From: Anaerohalosphaeraceae bacterium
GTDB taxonomy: Bacteria > Planctomycetota > Phycisphaerae > Sedimentisphaerales > Anaerohalosphaeraceae
Assembly: GCA_963675525.2 (NCBI GenBank)
Contig: CAXXSL010000013.1
Coordinates: 1-64,000, forward strand
Length of the DNA stretch: 64,000 bases
Direction of reading: 5' to 3'
The number at the start of each line of letters is the position of its first letter. The stretch's first letter is position 1. Below the pieces are notes generated by a model. It did no database searches and was not told where the DNA came from. It saw only the letters and a list, made by a program, of their open reading frames with translations. Made by a program: the position numbers and the translations under genes. Below are positions 62,402-64,000 of the stretch, piece after piece.

Positions 62402-63694
62402 CTATTCCAAGCCAATGACGTTGGCATTATTTTGCAGAATAAACGGCGGGCCTTCCTCTACATCAATCGTGACATTCTTTAATGTGACTTCAGCATTGCG
62501 AATCGTCAGTCCCTTCGGTGCGGTGATGTGGACATTCTCCAGGACCACGCCGGTCACAGGCGCCCCCGGCAGGCCGACAATGAAACCGGCATACTTGGGA
62601 CTGGTGGCCGTCAGGTTTTTGATATGGATATTGCGGTAAACAGGGGTTGTCGATGTAACAGGCTCATTCGTATCTTCGGCAGGGATTTTTGGATAGTAAG
62701 CGGTAATCTTAATCGGGGTCTTCACATTGGTCATGGTTATATCGCTATAGGAAATATCTTCCACAATGCCGCCTCTGCCTTGATAAGATTTGATGCGCAA
62801 TCCGTTATCCGTGTTCTCAAAAGTGATTCGCTCGACTTTGAGGTTTTTCACACCCCCTACGGTTTCACTGCCGATAGACAATCCATGCCCGTGGTAAAAT
62901 TTACAATCCGTAATAACGATATCTTCACAGGCGGCATCGGGATGAGCGGGATCCTGTCGCCCGGATTTAATGGCGACGTTGTCATCACCCACATCAATAT
63001 GGCAATTGGTGATGCGGACATGACGGGAGGTGCTGGGGTCTATCGCATCGGTATTGGGCGATTCATCGGGGTCAATAAACCTGACTCCATCAATGACGAC
63101 GTTTTCACAATCCTTAGGAACCAGGTGGAAACTGGGGGAACTTGTCATTGTGACACCCCGGATCTGCAGATTGGTGCATCTCTCCAGAATCACCATGCGC
63201 GGCCGACGCTGTGTCTCGGACCGCTTGGCTAATTTGGCTTCCAAGGCCGGCCCCCACCACCGCTGACCGGAGCCGTCAATTATCCCTTTTCCGATAATGG
63301 CCGCATTGGTCAGGTCCTTGCCGTTAATAAAGGCGATCACACTTCCGGGATTATTCGGTTTTTCAAAATCGGCCGGCTCATCGGTGGCTTTCAGAATGGC
63401 GCCTTCATCGAGCTGCAAGGTCGTCTCGCTTCGCAGGAAAATCGGTTTACTCAGATACGTGCCTGGGGTTAACTGTACGATGCCGCCTCCGGCTTTGCCG
63501 CAATCATCGAGGACTTTTTGAATAGCTTGCGTATCAAGCGTTACACCATCGCCTTTGGCGCCAAATTGACGCACATCAAAGATTTTTTGAGTTGCTGTTT
63601 CTGTTTCGGCAAATGCGGTTTTCTGGCATGTAAAGCCGGCTAAAACACATATACAAATCACCAAAACGAATCCTAAGCTTTTTTTACATCTCAT
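62402..63694 (-). CDS. GH28 polygalacturonase-family glycoside hydrolase
   Basis: NTD, GDD, GHG and RIK catalytic motifs; signal peptide. Confidence 0.93.
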   Translation of the reverse strand: MRCKKSLGFVLVICICVLAGFTCQKTAFAETETATQKIFDVRQFGAKGDGVTLDTQAIQKVLDDCGKAGGGIVQLTPGTYLSKPIFLRSETTLQLDEGAILKATDEPADFEKPNNPGSVIAFINGKDLTNAAIIGKGIIDGSGQRWWGPALEAKLAKRSETQRRPRMVILERCTNLQIRGVTMTSSPSFHLVPKDCENVVIDGVRFIDPDESPNTDAIDPSTSRHVRITNCHIDVGDDNVAIKSGRQDPAHPDAACEDIVITDCKFYHGHGLSIGSETVGGVKNLKVERITFENTDNGLRIKSYQGRGGIVEDISYSDITMTNVKTPIKITAYYPKIPAEDTNEPVTSTTPVYRNIHIKNLTATSPKYAGFIVGLPGAPVTGVVLENVHITAPKGLTIRNAEVTLKNVTIDVEEGPPFILQNNANVIGLE

Positions 63695-63769
63695 AAATAA
63701 CGTCCTTTGATAAATGTTTTATTCGACGTTTCTCATTTACATGGCAAAAACGCCAACCATCATTTTGAA

Positions 63770-63843
63770 TACGCCCGCCGTGATTCGAACACGGGACCTT
63801 CGGTTTAGGAAACCGATGCTCTATCCGACTGAGCTACGAGCGC
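63770..63843 (-). tRNA. tRNA-Arg(CCT)
   Basis: GCGCTCG TAGCTCAGTCGGATAGAGC A TCGGT TTCCTAA ACCGA AGGTC CCGTG TTCGAAT CACGG CGGGCGT A. Anticodon CCT; CCA not encoded. Confidence 0.96.
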
Positions 63844-64000
63844 AGCATTATTACCGCCGACAGTTTAACGGATAAGCGATCGGATTTCAATGGTTCTTTA
63901 TGACGTGTCCACAAAAGAAATCCCTTCTCTAAGGAAGGATCTTTTGATTCCTCAAGTCGCTCAAATGCTCAAGATAGGCTTGAACGCCTCCCTCAATATA

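Overview
Chromosomal window from an anaerobic bacterium, most likely a Planctomycete of the Phycisphaerae/Sedimentisphaerales type. That assignment is inferred from the groEL-groES-groEL-dnaJ-grpE-FmdB block, the planctomycete-style secretin, and the PEP-CTERM and dockerin-like proteins. Left to right: (1) the 5' part of a secretin-like gene missing from the ORF track, then tsaB. (2) A ~15 kb AT-richer minus-strand block: response regulator, sensor kinase, rex, an NAD(P)H/FAD-FeS module (HydB/AsrA-like, HydG/AsrB-like, HycB-like), a complete group 4 [NiFe]-hydrogenase with an Mrp/Mbh-type membrane arm carrying two antiporter-like subunits, and a HycI protease. (3) A cytochrome c-aldose dehydrogenase, an ECF sigma pair, two PEP-CTERM proteins and a secreted beta-helix/CARDB/dockerin protein. 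(4) A chaperone operon with a sigma54-type promoter. (5) Housekeeping genes (ribBA, pgsA-like, pdxJ, dapA, panB) interspersed with AT-rich orphan genes and palindromic repeats. (6) A galactoside locus (GH50-like, GPH symporter, GH42, GH112, GH2), a gluconolactonase-glutathione peroxidase fusion, an aldo/keto reductase, GH35, GH28 and tRNA-Arg(CCT). The best candidate for an under-described system is the Rex-headed hydrogenase operon. It is built like formate hydrogenlyase or Mrp-Mbh complexes but has an NAD(P)H-oxidoreductase as its input module. All assignments come from motif reading only; no searches were run.
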